From IMG/VR virus record IMGVR_UViG_3300034025_000053, positions 1 to 64,000 of that record: a DNA stretch of 64,000 nt; one strand, 5' to 3'. Made by a program: the position numbers and the translations under genes. The DNA comes from a virus. The notes below the pieces were generated by a model. The model saw nothing but the letters and a program-made list of their open reading frames with translations. It ran no database searches and had not been told where the DNA came from. The first letter of the stretch is position 1. The number at the start of each line of letters is the position of its first letter. Positions 8,922-18,300 of the stretch are shown here, piece after piece.

Positions 8922-9443
8922 ATGAACAACCAAGAAAATATCGCCTTCAGGGCGATGCTGTTCGCGCGCCGCGTGCACAGCCGCCAGCAGCGCAAATACA
9001 CCGGCAATCCATACACTGATCACCTGGCTGAAGTAGCCGGCATCGCCATGACGATGGGTTGGCATACGCCAGCCATTCACCCCGACAAGTTCATTGCCGT
9101 CTGCTGGCTGCACGACACCGTCGAGGACCAAGGCGTCACCAAGGAAGAACTGTTCGACAACTTCGGCGCCATCGTCATGGACGGGGTGATGCTGCTGTCC
9201 GATGTGGAAAGTGGCAACCGCGCCGAGCGCAAAGCTGCCGCCCGCGCCCGCCTCGCCAACGCCCCGGGCTGGGTCCAGTCCATCAAGTGCGCTGACCTGA
9301 TCAGCAATACCTCGTCGATCGTCATGCACGATCCGAAGTTTGCGGTCACCTACCTCGAAGAAAAACGCCTGCTGCTCGACGTCATGACCAAGGCCGATCC
9401 TCGCTTGCTCCAGTTGGCGCGTGCGCAGGCGGAGCGGGTATGA
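8922..9443 (+). CDS. SpoT/Mesh1-type HD-domain hydrolase (small alarmone hydrolase-like, 173 aa)
   Basis: RVHSRQQRKYTGNPYTDHLAEVA ... WLHDTVEDQGVTKEELFDNFG fits the (p)ppGpp-hydrolase HD signature (H..HD..ED). Confidence 0.8.
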   Translation: MNNQENIAFRAMLFARRVHSRQQRKYTGNPYTDHLAEVAGIAMTMGWHTPAIHPDKFIAVCWLHDTVEDQGVTKEELFDNFGAIVMDGVMLLSDVESGNRAERKAAARARLANAPGWVQSIKCADLISNTSSIVMHDPKFAVTYLEEKRLLLDVMTKADPRLLQLARAQAERV

Positions 9444-11071
9444 AGCGCGACGCCTTCACCCTACAGCTCGACTTGGGTAACGAGCTCGTCGTTGACAACT
9501 TTGCCGGCGGCGGCGGCGCCTCCGAGGGGATCGAGCAGGCGATCGGCCGCAGCATCGACATCGCGATCAACCACAACGGCGAAGCGCTGGCGATGCACGC
9601 TGTCAACCACCCTGGAACCATGCACTACGTCGAGGACGTGTTTGCCATGCACCCGGGGTTCGTCACCGGCAACCGCCCGATCGGGCTGGCGTGGTTCAGC
9701 CCCGACTGCAAGCACCACAGCAAGGCAAAGGGCGGCAAGCCGCGCGAGAAGAAGATCCGCGGACTGGCCTGGGTCACCCTGAAGTGGGCGACGTTCCAGA
9801 TGCCGCGCTGCATCGCGCTGGAGAACGTCGAAGAATTCCAGGACTGGGGGCCTCTCGACGCCGATGGCAAGCCGATCAAGGCTGAGCGCGGCCGCACCTT
9901 CCGCGCCTTCATCGACGCGCTGTCCACCGGCCTTGAGCTTGGGCATCCGGACACCGAAGAAATTTTCGAAGCACTCGGCGCCGACTTCCCGATGGAGCGG
10001 CTGCACGTAGGCTTGGGCTACAAGGTCGAATGCCGCATCCTGCGGGCCTGCGACTACGGTACGCCGACGATCCGCAAGCGCCTGTTCGTGTTCGCCCGCT
10101 GCGACGGCCGTCCGATCGTCTGGCCAAAGCCGACCCACGGCAACCCGAAGCTGAAGACGTTCGCCGCCTCGGGCCTGGCGCCGTGGCGCACGGCCGCCGA
10201 TTGCATCGACTGGTCTATCCCATGCCCTTCCATCTTCGATCGCAAGAAGCCGCTGGCCGAGAAGACGTTGGCGCGCATCGCCAAGGGGGTGATGAAGTAC
10301 ATCGTCAACAGCGATGATCCGTTCATCATCAAGTTCAGCGAAAACAGCGTTGGCCAGGGCCTGGATGAGCCGCTGCACACGGTCATGGCGGGCGCGCCGC
10401 GCTTCGGGGTGATCCAGCCGACCCTGGTGCCGTTCGTCACCGAATGCGCCAACGGGTCGACCCAGCGCAATTTCAGCGCCGAGGAGCCGCTGCGCACCCA
10501 ATGCGCCGAGGTGAAGGGTGGCCACTTCGCACTGGTTTCCGCGATGTTGGCCAAGCACTACACCGGCGTCGTTGGCACCGATGTGCGTGTCCCGTTTGGC
10601 ACCGTCACCACCGCCGACCATCATTCTGTGGTGGCGACCACGCTGGTCAAGCTGCGCAACAACCAGTTCGGCCAGGACGTGCGCGATCCGATCCCGACGC
10701 TCACCGCCGGCGGCGGCCACGTGGGCGAGGTGCGCGCCTTCCTCGTCAAGTATTACAGCGAGGGCGGCCAGGACCAGTCGCTCACCGACCCGATGCACAC
10801 CATCCCGACCAAGGATCGCATTGGCCTGGTGACGATCCATGGCCAGGACTACGCCATCATTGATATCGGGATGCGCATGCTCACGCCGCGCGAGCTGGCC
10901 CGGGCGCAAGGCTTCCCGGAAACGTACATTCTGGACCTGACGTACAACGGCAAGAAACTGTCGAAAGAGGCCCAAGTCCGGATGATTGGCAACAGCGTCT
11001 GCCCGCCCCTGGCGCGCGCGCTGATCGAAGCGAACTTTACGCATGAGCATGCGATGGCGAGGGCAGCATGA
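9440..11071 (+). CDS. DNA (cytosine-5)-methyltransferase (543 aa)
   Basis: Motif I FAGGGGASEGI. Motif IV-like FSPDCKHHS. Motif VI ALENVEEF. RELARAQGFPETY. Motif X GNSVCPP. Confidence 0.9.
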   Translation: MKRDAFTLQLDLGNELVVDNFAGGGGASEGIEQAIGRSIDIAINHNGEALAMHAVNHPGTMHYVEDVFAMHPGFVTGNRPIGLAWFSPDCKHHSKAKGGKPREKKIRGLAWVTLKWATFQMPRCIALENVEEFQDWGPLDADGKPIKAERGRTFRAFIDALSTGLELGHPDTEEIFEALGADFPMERLHVGLGYKVECRILRACDYGTPTIRKRLFVFARCDGRPIVWPKPTHGNPKLKTFAASGLAPWRTAADCIDWSIPCPSIFDRKKPLAEKTLARIAKGVMKYIVNSDDPFIIKFSENSVGQGLDEPLHTVMAGAPRFGVIQPTLVPFVTECANGSTQRNFSAEEPLRTQCAEVKGGHFALVSAMLAKHYTGVVGTDVRVPFGTVTTADHHSVVATTLVKLRNNQFGQDVRDPIPTLTAGGGHVGEVRAFLVKYYSEGGQDQSLTDPMHTIPTKDRIGLVTIHGQDYAIIDIGMRMLTPRELARAQGFPETYILDLTYNGKKLSKEAQVRMIGNSVCPPLARALIEANFTHEHAMARAA

Positions 11072-11448
11072 AGCGCCTCTACATCGCCGGGCCGATGAGC
11101 GGCCTGCCAGACCTGAATTTCCCGGCCTTCAACGCCGAAGCGGCCCGCCTGCGTGCGCTTGGCTACGATATCGTCAACCCGGCCGAGATCAACGTGGGCA
11201 CGCCGCACCCGGGCTGGGCTGCTTGCATGAAGTTGGACATCAAGCAGCTGGTCGACTGCGACGGCGTTGCGCTGCTGCCGGACTGGTTCCGCTCCAAAGG
11301 TGCATCGATCGAGCACCGCCTCGCGCACGATCTTGGCATGCCGATCTATCACGCAGCCGCGATCGTCAGCTCTGTGTTGCCGACGCCGGTCAACATGGCC
11401 GGGCCAACCGCACCGGCCGCGCGCACCACCGACTGGGCGGCCGCATGA
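11068..11448 (+). CDS. DUF4406 / nucleoside 2-deoxyribosyltransferase-like protein (126 aa)
   Basis: N-terminus MKRLYIAGPMSGLPDLNFPAFN matches the DUF4406 pattern. ATGA overlaps on both sides. Confidence 0.65.
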   Translation: MKRLYIAGPMSGLPDLNFPAFNAEAARLRALGYDIVNPAEINVGTPHPGWAACMKLDIKQLVDCDGVALLPDWFRSKGASIEHRLAHDLGMPIYHAAAIVSSVLPTPVNMAGPTAPAARTTDWAAA

Positions 11449-12563
11449 ACGCGCCTATCCGGTTTTTCGGTTCCATGGCCAGCGGCGGGAAACCCGCCAG
11501 CGTGTCCGTTCACCCTGATGTTGAGCAGCTGCTCGCCCGCAATGCCGTGGTGGCGGTTGGCGTCTCTGGTGGAAAGGATAGTCAGGCCTGTGCCCTGGCC
11601 GTGGCCAGTCACCTTGACGCCATCGGCCACACTGGCCCGCGCATTCTCGTGCACGCTGATCTCGGCAGGGTCGAGTGGAAGGACAGTCTACCGACTTGCC
11701 AGCGCCTGGCCGATCATCTCGGCTGGGAGCTGCTGGTGGTCCAGCGCAAGGCCGGCGACATGCTCTCCCGGTGGCAAGGACGCTGGAAAAATAATGTCGC
11801 GCGCTACGTCGATTTGGAATGCGTAAAATTGATCCTGCCGTGGTCGACGCCATCGATGCGGTTCTGCACGTCCGAACTCAAGGTAGCCGTGATTGAAAGC
11901 GCCTTGAAAAAGCGTTTTGCAGGGCAGGACGTCATCAACGTCACCGGTGTGCGCCGTGAGGAAAGTGCCAACCGAGCAAAGGCCCCGGTCGCGAAGTCCA
12001 ACCCAGATGTTGTCAAGGAGGGCGGGACGGGCTTCACCTGGAACGCAATCATCGACCTGTCGATCGGGCAAGTCTTCAGTACCATCGAGGCCTCTGGGCT
12101 GGCCCTTCACGAGGGTTACACAGTCCACAATATGAGCCGCATCAGCTGCGTGTTTTGCATCATGTCCAACCTGGACGACATGCAAAACTCAGCGGCCTGC
12201 GAGGACAACGTGCCGGTTTATCTCGACATGGTTGAGATCGAGGCAGTGTCGACCTTTGCGTTCCAGGGTTCGCGCTGGCTCGCCGATGTCGCCCCTCATC
12301 TTGTCGGCGAAGAACTCGGCGCCAGGGTCGCCCATGCCAAGGAAATGGCCCGGGTCCGCGTTGCGGCCGAGTCCAGGCTGCCTAAGCATCTGCTGTACAC
12401 GAAAGGCTGGCCTACGGCAGTTCCGACCATGGCCGAGGCTGAGTTGCTGGCTGATGTCCGCCGCATCGTCTCCGAGTCTGTTGGCCTGCGGGTCAACTAT
12501 CTCGATCCAGCCGACATCATCAGCCGCTACCAGCAGCTCCTGTCGCTGAAGGCGGCAGCATGA
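11445..12563 (+). CDS. PAPS-reductase-family PP-loop protein (372 aa)
   Basis: PP-loop VGVSGGKDS. Downstream motifs CTSELK and TGVRREES are typical of the PAPS reductase / DndC-like superfamily. Start is the internal ATG at 11445. Confidence 0.8.
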   Translation: MNAPIRFFGSMASGGKPASVSVHPDVEQLLARNAVVAVGVSGGKDSQACALAVASHLDAIGHTGPRILVHADLGRVEWKDSLPTCQRLADHLGWELLVVQRKAGDMLSRWQGRWKNNVARYVDLECVKLILPWSTPSMRFCTSELKVAVIESALKKRFAGQDVINVTGVRREESANRAKAPVAKSNPDVVKEGGTGFTWNAIIDLSIGQVFSTIEASGLALHEGYTVHNMSRISCVFCIMSNLDDMQNSAACEDNVPVYLDMVEIEAVSTFAFQGSRWLADVAPHLVGEELGARVAHAKEMARVRVAAESRLPKHLLYTKGWPTAVPTMAEAELLADVRRIVSESVGLRVNYLDPADIISRYQQLLSLKAAA

Positions 12564-12808
12564 AGGCCACCGCTTTCACTATCGATGGAAAGACCATCGG
12601 CTTCATCGCGCGTGAGGTAGCGCGAACGGACAACGTCGAGGAGCAGTGCAACGGCTGCTTGTTTGAGGGGAGATCGTCTGAAACCTGCTACGCCGCATGC
12701 AAGCTCGCCACCGAGGCTGGGCAGCCCGACTGCGACGATCACGGCAGCATCTACATCTACGTGGTGGCGGATCCGCGCCAGCTGGTGTTGCCGGTGGAGG
12801 GTGTATGA
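12560..12808 (+). CDS. hypothetical Cys-rich protein (82 aa)
   Basis: Track ORF with ATGA overlaps on both sides. Confidence 0.5.
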   Translation: MKATAFTIDGKTIGFIAREVARTDNVEEQCNGCLFEGRSSETCYAACKLATEAGQPDCDDHGSIYIYVVADPRQLVLPVEGV

Positions 12809-14130
12809 ACGCGCCCTACACCTTGATCCACGGCGACTGCATCACCGAGATGAGCAAGCTGCCGGCCAACAGCGTGGACGCGATCGTTACTGACCCACCG
12901 TACGGGATCCGCTTCATGGGCAAGGCCTGGGATGGCGCCGATATCGACGCGCGCGCGGCTCGGCGGCGCAGCTTCGCTTCGCAGGCTCCGGACGCTGGCC
13001 CAAATGGTGGCCACAAGTCCATCGCCGCCGAGGCCGGCAAGTATAACCTCGCGCCAGGCGCGATGCGCGCCTTCCAAGAATTTAGCGAGGAGTGGGCGCG
13101 CGAGGCGTTCCGCGTGCTCAAGCCAGGCGGGCATCTGCTGTCGTTCTCGTCGGCGCGAACCTATCACCGGATGGTGTCGGGAATCGAGGACGCCGGCTTC
13201 GAGATCCGCGACCAGCTGCTATGGCTTTACGGTTCGGGCTTCCCGAAGTCGCGCAACCTCGATGGCGTACACGAAGGCTGGGGCACGGCGCTGAAGCCCG
13301 CACACGAGCCAATTTGCATGGCGCGCAAGCCGCTAATCGGCACCGTGTCTGCCAACGTGCTGGCGCACGGCACCGGGGCTATCAACATCGATGCTTGCCG
13401 CGTGGGTGCCGAAAGCACCGCCCGCGACACGCTGAAAGAATTGTCCTCTCGCGGCGCGACCGGCGGCAGCTTCGCCAATCAGGATCACCGCTACGCCGAT
13501 CGCACATCGAAGTACCCGACAGGCAGCGACGCCGGCCGCTGGCCCGCCAACTTGATTCACGACGGCAGCGCCGCGGTTGTGGCGCTATTCCCGGCTGAAG
13601 CTGGCGCCCAGGCGCCCGTGCACCGCCGCAACGGCGACAAGTTCCGCAATTTGTTCGGCAAGTTCGAGGGCAACGTCGATGAGGCCGGCAGCACGTTTCA
13701 GGGAGACACCGGCAGCGCCGCCCGCTTCTTCTACTGCGCCAAGGCCAGCCGCACCGACCGCAATGAGGGCCTGCCGAGCGGCGATGCGCCAGCGGTCGAA
13801 ACTGACGCCACCATGCGCGACTGTGAGAACGCCGACTGGATCGCGCGCAATGGCAACCACCACCCGACCGTAAAGCCAACCGACCTGATGGCTTACCTGG
13901 TGCGCCTGGTCACGCCGCCGGGCGGTACCGTCCTCGATCCATTCATGGGCAGCGGGTCGACCGGCAAGGCCTGCATGCGCGAGGAATTCCATTTCATCGG
14001 TATCGAACTCGCCGCCAGCTATATCGAGATCAGCCAGGCGCGCATCTCGCACGAGCTGGCGCGCGTGATCGCCGCGAACACCCCGCCACCGCCATCGCCG
14101 CAAATGGACCTGTTCGGGGCAATGGCATGA
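12805..14130 (+). CDS. beta-class N6A/N4C DNA methyltransferase (441 aa)
   Basis: IHGDCITEM...AIVTDPPYG near the N-terminus and HPTVKP...LDPFMGSGSTGKA near the C-terminus. Start is the internal ATG at 12805. Confidence 0.85.
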   Translation: MNAPYTLIHGDCITEMSKLPANSVDAIVTDPPYGIRFMGKAWDGADIDARAARRRSFASQAPDAGPNGGHKSIAAEAGKYNLAPGAMRAFQEFSEEWAREAFRVLKPGGHLLSFSSARTYHRMVSGIEDAGFEIRDQLLWLYGSGFPKSRNLDGVHEGWGTALKPAHEPICMARKPLIGTVSANVLAHGTGAINIDACRVGAESTARDTLKELSSRGATGGSFANQDHRYADRTSKYPTGSDAGRWPANLIHDGSAAVVALFPAEAGAQAPVHRRNGDKFRNLFGKFEGNVDEAGSTFQGDTGSAARFFYCAKASRTDRNEGLPSGDAPAVETDATMRDCENADWIARNGNHHPTVKPTDLMAYLVRLVTPPGGTVLDPFMGSGSTGKACMREEFHFIGIELAASYIEISQARISHELARVIAANTPPPPSPQMDLFGAMA

Positions 14131-14918
14131 CGGCGGCACCGAAGCGCGGCGCGCTGAAGTCGACCTGTGCCGTGTGCGCAAAGGTGTTCACGGTGTCGCC
14201 GTCAAAGGCGGCACGCGGCGGCGGGGTGACCTGCTCGGCGGCGTGTCGCAAGGATATAGCTGGATTCGGGCGCCTGGTGCGTGCGGCGCTGCCCGGCACC
14301 GCGCGCCAGGTCGCCGATCGGAGTGGTGTGATGTTGGCGAGCCTGCGCGCCATGCTCACCAAGATGCTTCGGGCCGGCACCTGCCACGTGGCAGGCTTCG
14401 AGCGAAACGATCAGGGTAAGCTGCAAGGCGCGCCGAAGTTTATGCCGGTGCTGGCGCTGGGCCCGTCGCCGGATCCCGACATGCCCGCCGACATGCGCGC
14501 GGCCGTGACCTACCACACCCGCAAGATCACGTTGGCGGCCATGCCGAACTCGGTTCCGGCGATCGCTGTGGACACTGGCATGCCGCAGACGTCGACCCTG
14601 CGTATCGTCAAGCAGCTGCACGACGAGGGGCTATGCCGCGTTGGGGACTGGCAGCGATCGATCCGCGGGCTGCCGTCTGCGATCTACCACGCTGGCGCCG
14701 GCGAGGATGTGCCGTGCCGCCTGAAGAAGTTCACGCCGGCGCAGAAGACGGCACGCTACCTGCGCAACGTGAAGAACAACCCGGACCTGGGCGTCAAGCG
14801 CGACCTCACCGTTGCCCGCGATCGCAACCGCTACTGGGAAAAGGTGGCGACCGAGCGTCGTGACCCAATGATTGCAGCACTGTTCGGCCCGGCGCGTGCG
14901 CCAATGGAGAGTTCTTGA
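14127..14918 (+). CDS. zinc-ribbon plus tandem wHTH-like protein, candidate transcription regulator (263 aa)
   Basis: CAVCAKVF...CSAACR ribbon. Two wHTH-like segments: TARQVADRSGVMLASLRAMLTKM and TGMPQTSTLRIVKQLHDEGL. Confidence 0.55.
   Translation: MTAAPKRGALKSTCAVCAKVFTVSPSKAARGGGVTCSAACRKDIAGFGRLVRAALPGTARQVADRSGVMLASLRAMLTKMLRAGTCHVAGFERNDQGKLQGAPKFMPVLALGPSPDPDMPADMRAAVTYHTRKITLAAMPNSVPAIAVDTGMPQTSTLRIVKQLHDEGLCRVGDWQRSIRGLPSAIYHAGAGEDVPCRLKKFTPAQKTARYLRNVKNNPDLGVKRDLTVARDRNRYWEKVATERRDPMIAALFGPARAPMESS
14853..14870 (+). promoter_or_regulatory. CGTCGTGAC motif copy (inside the 3' end of the 14127 gene)
   Basis: gagCGTCGTGACccaatg, about 50 nt upstream of the 14918 start. Confidence 0.3.
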
Positions 14919-15022
14919 TGTATCAGCAATCCGCCCGCAAGCGCCCCCTTCTGGGGCTGGGTATCATCGTCGGTGTGTGCGGCCCGTTCTGGGCGTTCGT
15001 CGGCTGGCTGGCGTTCGCGTGA
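14918..15022 (+). CDS. small membrane protein (34 aa)
   Basis: Hand-translated as MYQQSARKRPLLGLGIIVGVCGPFWAFVGWLAFA. Start overlaps the upstream TGA, and its stop overlaps the next GTG start. Confidence 0.35.
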   Translation: MYQQSARKRPLLGLGIIVGVCGPFWAFVGWLAFA

Positions 15023-15330
15023 GCGAGCCGTCGATCGTAGCGGAGCTGGACGCCGCCCAGAAGAAGGAGCGGGCCCAGCGCAAGCGCACCATGATCACGG
15101 TGGCCATCCCGGGCTGGCCGCCGCAGGAGCCTGGCCGGGTCATGATCTGGGAGACGCGATCGTCGCCCATCAAGGCGGCCCGGGAGATCAAGAAGCTGCA
15201 GGAGAAGATGCCCGAGTACATCTGGTCCAAGGAATTGCTGACGTACACCGAGGCCAGGACGGTGAAGCTCCGCCCGTTCAACGCCCGGGCCCTTTACCGT
15301 AGCCAGCGGACGCAGCGCCCCGGATCGTGA
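15019..15330 (+). CDS. hypothetical protein (103 aa), GTG start
   Basis: GTGA overlap at 15019 in the frame of track ORF 14872..15330. Confidence 0.45.
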   Translation: MSEPSIVAELDAAQKKERAQRKRTMITVAIPGWPPQEPGRVMIWETRSSPIKAAREIKKLQEKMPEYIWSKELLTYTEARTVKLRPFNARALYRSQRTQRPGS

Positions 15331-15338
15331 CGGTAGCC
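15322..15338 (+). promoter_or_regulatory. TCGTGAC motif copy upstream of the WGR-kinase-ART gene
   Basis: ggaTCGTGACggtagcc, 8 nt before ATG 15346. Confidence 0.35.
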
Positions 15339-15345
15339 TTCTGGC

Positions 15346-18300
15346 ATGGATATCCTTGCCAGCGCCCCGCGCCTCTACCTTATCAAAGCTGATGTCAAGA
15401 TCGCGCACCAGGCGGGCTACGCCCTGTGGGGTGGGCGTTGGCATAAAGTCCACCAGAACAAGCCTGCGCCCAAGGGCGCGCCGCTCAGCGCGCATCCGCA
15501 CGCGGCTGGCCAGCACCAGCCCGTCAAGCACTTCACCGACGAGCAGTGGGAAGGCCTGAAGCTGCCGGCGGAGAATTCCAACGCCGGCACGTACAACAAG
15601 CAGCTCAAGCAGCTCCAGGAGTGGTCGGACGCCGGCGACGTGACTGCGATCGTGGGCGCCGGCTACGGCGTCAACACCTATGGCAAAAAGGCCGCGGCGA
15701 TCGCCAATCACCTGCTGGGCCTGCACGGATCCCCGCACAAGGTCGCCGCCGGCCAGAAGCCTGGCTGGCATGCTGCTGTGGAGCATGCGCCGGCCGAGCC
15801 GGTTGAGGCGCCGGAGCCGGCACCAGAACCCGAGCCAACGCCAGCCGCTGAGCCGCCAGCTGCTGAGCCTGCGCCGGTACCGGCGGCGCCCGAACCGGCC
15901 ACGGTCCCGAAGTCAGTCTCATCCCCTGCAATTCAGTCGATCGCTGATCCCGATTTCCCGGCTGGCTACAAGACGTCGAAATTCTTCACCAAGGTAGCCG
16001 TCGGCCTCAAGATGATGGCGCACGAGGGCAAGCTCGGCGAACTACAGGCGGCGTTCAAACCCGACGAGGCTGCTTGGCAGGGAAAGAGCCCGAACAGCAA
16101 GACGCTGCTCGCCTACCACGGCGCGCTTGTCAGCGCGCTGAAGGGCCCGCCTGCCCCTGCGGAAGATCCTGTTGTGGTGATACAGCCAGACATAAAAGCC
16201 TGGGTGGATGACTGTGTGGCTGCCGGGGATTGGTCCAATCTGAAAGACGTCCACAAACAATTCAAAGGGTCGAGCGTCCCGGAAAACGCCGTCATCGCGG
16301 AGTACATACAGGACGCGTTGGATAAGAAAGCGGCCGCGAAGAAAAAGGCGCCCAAAGCCGCACCCGCGCAGGAACAGGCCCCGGCGCTCGTTGCGCCAGC
16401 TCCGACGTCACCAGTCGCCTCGATGCCCTGGGACAAGTTCGTCCTGCCGGCCGAGAACACGAACGCCCCGAGTCACAACAAGAAGGTCGCGCAGATCAAG
16501 GCGCTGGCCGAGGCCGGCGACGTGGCCGGACTGGAAGCACTGAAGCTGGGCACCAACACGTACGGGAAGAAGCAGGCGCTGATCGCGCAGGCGGCGATCG
16601 CCGCGCTGAAGCAGGCTGCGCCAGTGGCCGCCGTGCCCGCGCCAGCGCCAGTCGCGCCGCCGCCAGAACCGAAGGCACCTGTTGCAGAGACGGGCCCCAA
16701 GGACGGCGACACCAAGCCTGGCGCCAACGGCACCACGCTGGTCTTCAAGGACGGGCGCTGGCATGCGCAGAAGCAGGCCCCGGCAACGGCGCCGGTCGCT
16801 GTGACGTCCGACGTTTATGTCAACCAGCAAGATGGCCACAACAAGTACTGGTCGGTGTCCGTGCACGGTAACGTTATGAAAACGGTGTACGGCAAGGTCG
16901 GTTCGCAGGGGCAAACCACTGACAAAGTATTCGATTCGCCATCGGAAGCTACGCACGCATCTCTAAAATTGAAGGCGCAAAAACTTAAGAGTGGATACGC
17001 ATTCAAAGGCCACGGCCAGCATACCCATTCCAGCACCACGCCAGCGCCTGCCCCGGCGCCAGCACCAGCGCCAGCACCAGCGCCAAAGAAATCGGCAGCT
17101 GCTGCCTCGACGAGTGCCGCCTACCCGTCGATGGACACCTGGCAGCAGATCGGCCCACAGGGCGGGTCCAACCCGGGCGGCAAGTTTAAGGCGCCCGACG
17201 GCACCGAGTACTACTGCAAATTCCCTGCGGACGAGAACATCGCCAAGTCGGAGGTGCTGGCGGCGAAACTGTACGCGGCCGCGGGCCTGGCCGGCCAGGA
17301 CGCGCAGCTGATAACCAAAAACGGCAAGATTGGCATCGCCAGCAAATGGGTGGAGGTCAAGAAGGGCAAAACCGCCACGGCGCTGGCCAAGGCGCCAGAC
17401 GCTCAGGGCGGCTTCGCGGTCGATGCCTGGCTGGCAAACCATGATGTGGTCGGCCTGGGCTACGACAACCTGCAGATCGGCGCTGACGGCAAGGCCGTTC
17501 GCGTCGATGCGGGCGGGTCGCTGGAGTATCGCGCCCAGGGTGCCAAGAAGGAATTCGGCCACCACGTCGTCGAGATCGATACGCTGCGCGACGCAGCGAA
17601 GAACCCCCAAGCTGCCACCATCTTCGGGAAGATGACGCAGGCCGATATCGCCGCCTCGGTGGCGAAGGTTGCGGCCGTCAGCGATGCCGAGATCAAGAGC
17701 CTGGTCGAACAGTTCGGCCCGGGCGACGCCGCCGCGAAGAAGGCCATGGCAGCCACGCTGATCGCGCGCAAGGCTGATCTGCTGGCCAAATACCCAAAGG
17801 CCGCCATGGCAGTGGCCAAAGGCTCGTCGTGGGTTCGCCTGAAGCCTGGTGAGCGCATCGTCGAGGCCGGGGAAAAGTTCGGCGTCCACTGGGCGAAGAT
17901 CAAAGTTCCGCCAAAGGGCTTCCACTCGGACGCGATCGCCACCCCGCCCAACTTCTTCATGAACGGCAACCAGGGTCCTACCAACACCTGGAAATCGTCC
18001 GTGCAGCACGTGAACGAGGCCAACAATCTGGCTGGCCAGCGCGTGTTCGACACGGCAATCCAGCAGAAGACCTTCGCCGCGGTCCAGGGCCTCACGTTCG
18101 AGCAGATCGACAAGGCCACGGGCAACAAGACCGGCGTGAAGCTGCCGTACGCCCAGCACCCCGCCGGCGAGATCAAGGAGTACTACAAGCAGGTCGCGGC
18201 CGAGCTCGAGGCGCAGACGCAAGCCACTTACAAGACCGTCCAGAACGGATCGTTCACGCAGAGCTATTCCACTGCAGCGCTCAGCATGGCGGCCGACTTC

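Noticed and set aside
17040-17090. (GCACCAGCGCCA)n-like microsatellite. Similar Pro/Ala-coding tracts lie at 3775-3835 and 15790-15900.
   Set aside because: These encode in-frame PAPAPAP or PEPAPEP linkers between domains of long ORFs. They are not independent repeat elements.
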